Source: Promethearchaeota archaeon
GTDB lineage: Archaea > Asgardarchaeota > Lokiarchaeia > Sigyniarchaeales > SOKP01
Assembly: GCA_016840085.1 (NCBI GenBank)
Contig: JAEOTA010000022.1
Span: 32,001 to 96,000, forward strand
DNA: 64,000 nt
Direction of reading: 5' to 3'
The position numbers and the translations under genes were made by a program. Positions 63,245 through 64,000 of the stretch are shown here, piece by piece; within the stretch, counting starts at the first letter, position 1; each line of letters starts with the position of its first letter. The notes beneath the pieces were generated by a model that worked only from the letters and a program-made list of their open reading frames with translations, ran no database searches and had not been told where the DNA came from.

Positions 63245-64000
63245 TTAAAACTCATAACCACATTTTTTACAAACATGTTTCTTAGCGTACATAGGGATAT
63301 GTCCAACATAGCTTAAGACTTTACTTTTATCTTCAACAGTTTTAATGTCTTGACCAACTGCACCGCACATGGGGCATGTAATTCGCTCATCGCTAATGAA
63401 ACCACCTGCACCTATTTCTGGGGGTTTTAATTCGTCCAATTCAGTTTCAACTTCTTGGAGGTGAGCAGTTGTAGATTCAATTGCTTGGTCCTTTTCTGTA
63501 AGTGCATCATTTAATTCTTGAATTTGAGTATCTCTTTGTAATAAGGTATTATTTAATTCACTTAATTGAGAATTCAAATTGGAAAGCTTCTTACTTAAAT
63601 CTTCATTTTCAGATTTTAATTTATTTATTTCATCTTGATTTGAGGAAATTGAATTATTGGTTTCATTTAGTGTGGATTCTAAATTAGTGATAGTTGATTT
63701 AGCAGCTTCTATCTCTGACATTAAACTATTAATTTTTTCATCTGATTCGCTAATTTTGGTTTTGTGTTTTTCTATTTCTGCATTTAAGTTATTGATTGTT
63801 TGATCTTTTTCAATAACATCTGCTCTAGTTTCTTCTAGTGTATTTTTAGTTTGAATGAGTTCACTTTCAGTATTTTCAAGCTGTATTTTAGTATCAGCAA
63901 GGTCATTTTTAATATTTCCAAGTTCCTCTTTAGTACTTGATAATTCGGATTTTGTATCTGATAATTGTTTTTCTAAATCATTTACTTTATCTCTAAGGTC
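63245..64000 (-). CDS. Long coiled-coil protein with a C-terminal Zn ribbon (5'-truncated by window edge)
   Basis: Frame is open from 64000 (DLRDKVNDLEKQL...) through the track ORF; ends CPMCG...CKKCGYEF. Confidence 0.8.
   Translation of the reverse strand, partial: DLRDKVNDLEKQLSDTKSELSSTKEELGNIKNDLADTKIQLENTESELIQTKNTLEETRADVIEKDQTINNLNAEIEKHKTKISESDEKINSLMSEIEAAKSTITNLESTLNETNNSISSNQDEINKLKSENEDLSKKLSNLNSQLSELNNTLLQRDTQIQELNDALTEKDQAIESTTAHLQEVETELDELKPPEIGAGGFISDERITCPMCGAVGQDIKTVEDKSKVLSYVGHIPMYAKKHVCKKCGYEF

Overview
AT-rich archaeal DNA, most consistent with an Asgard (Lokiarchaeia-like) genome. This is inferred from archaeal r-proteins S13/S4/S11, a tailed histone, a Rab-like small GTPase, SDS22-type LRRs, Loki-CTERM-like surface proteins and UGA-Sec genes with a eukaryote-like SECIS candidate. 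The window has five parts. (1) 1-11.9 kb is a defence/accessory island: the type I hsdR 3' end plus an M48/YgjP protein, a motif-degenerate HsdM-TRD-HEPN-like fusion, an LRR-nitrilase fusion, a complete IS630, and an HNH-like protein plus Zn-ribbon gene pair abutting rps11. (2) rps13-rps4-rps11 is present without rpoD. (3) A selenoprotein operon that the ORF track fragments: hdrA (2 in-frame TGA), mvhD (2 in-frame TGA), a SECIS candidate and a ferredoxin/FrhB-family gene, followed by a diverged relic copy of that gene's 3' end. (4) Housekeeping genes: serS, cofC, GTPase, TrmB, histone. (5) A second accessory island at about 33-41 kb carries a TFB-like gene, HEPN-like and MNT genes, and a second, diverged copy of the HNH-like plus Zn-ribbon module; it is followed by metabolic genes (sulfatase, GH2 beta-galactosidase, two GPH transporters, aminotransferase) and beta-propeller surface proteins. 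The best novelty candidates are the repeated HNH-like/Zn-ribbon two-gene module, the LRR-nitrilase and pseudo-MTase-HEPN fusions, and the four-UGA hdrA-mvhD-frhB operon apparently served by one SECIS. No tRNA, rRNA or CRISPR array was recognised. All family calls come from motif recognition by eye, not from database searches.
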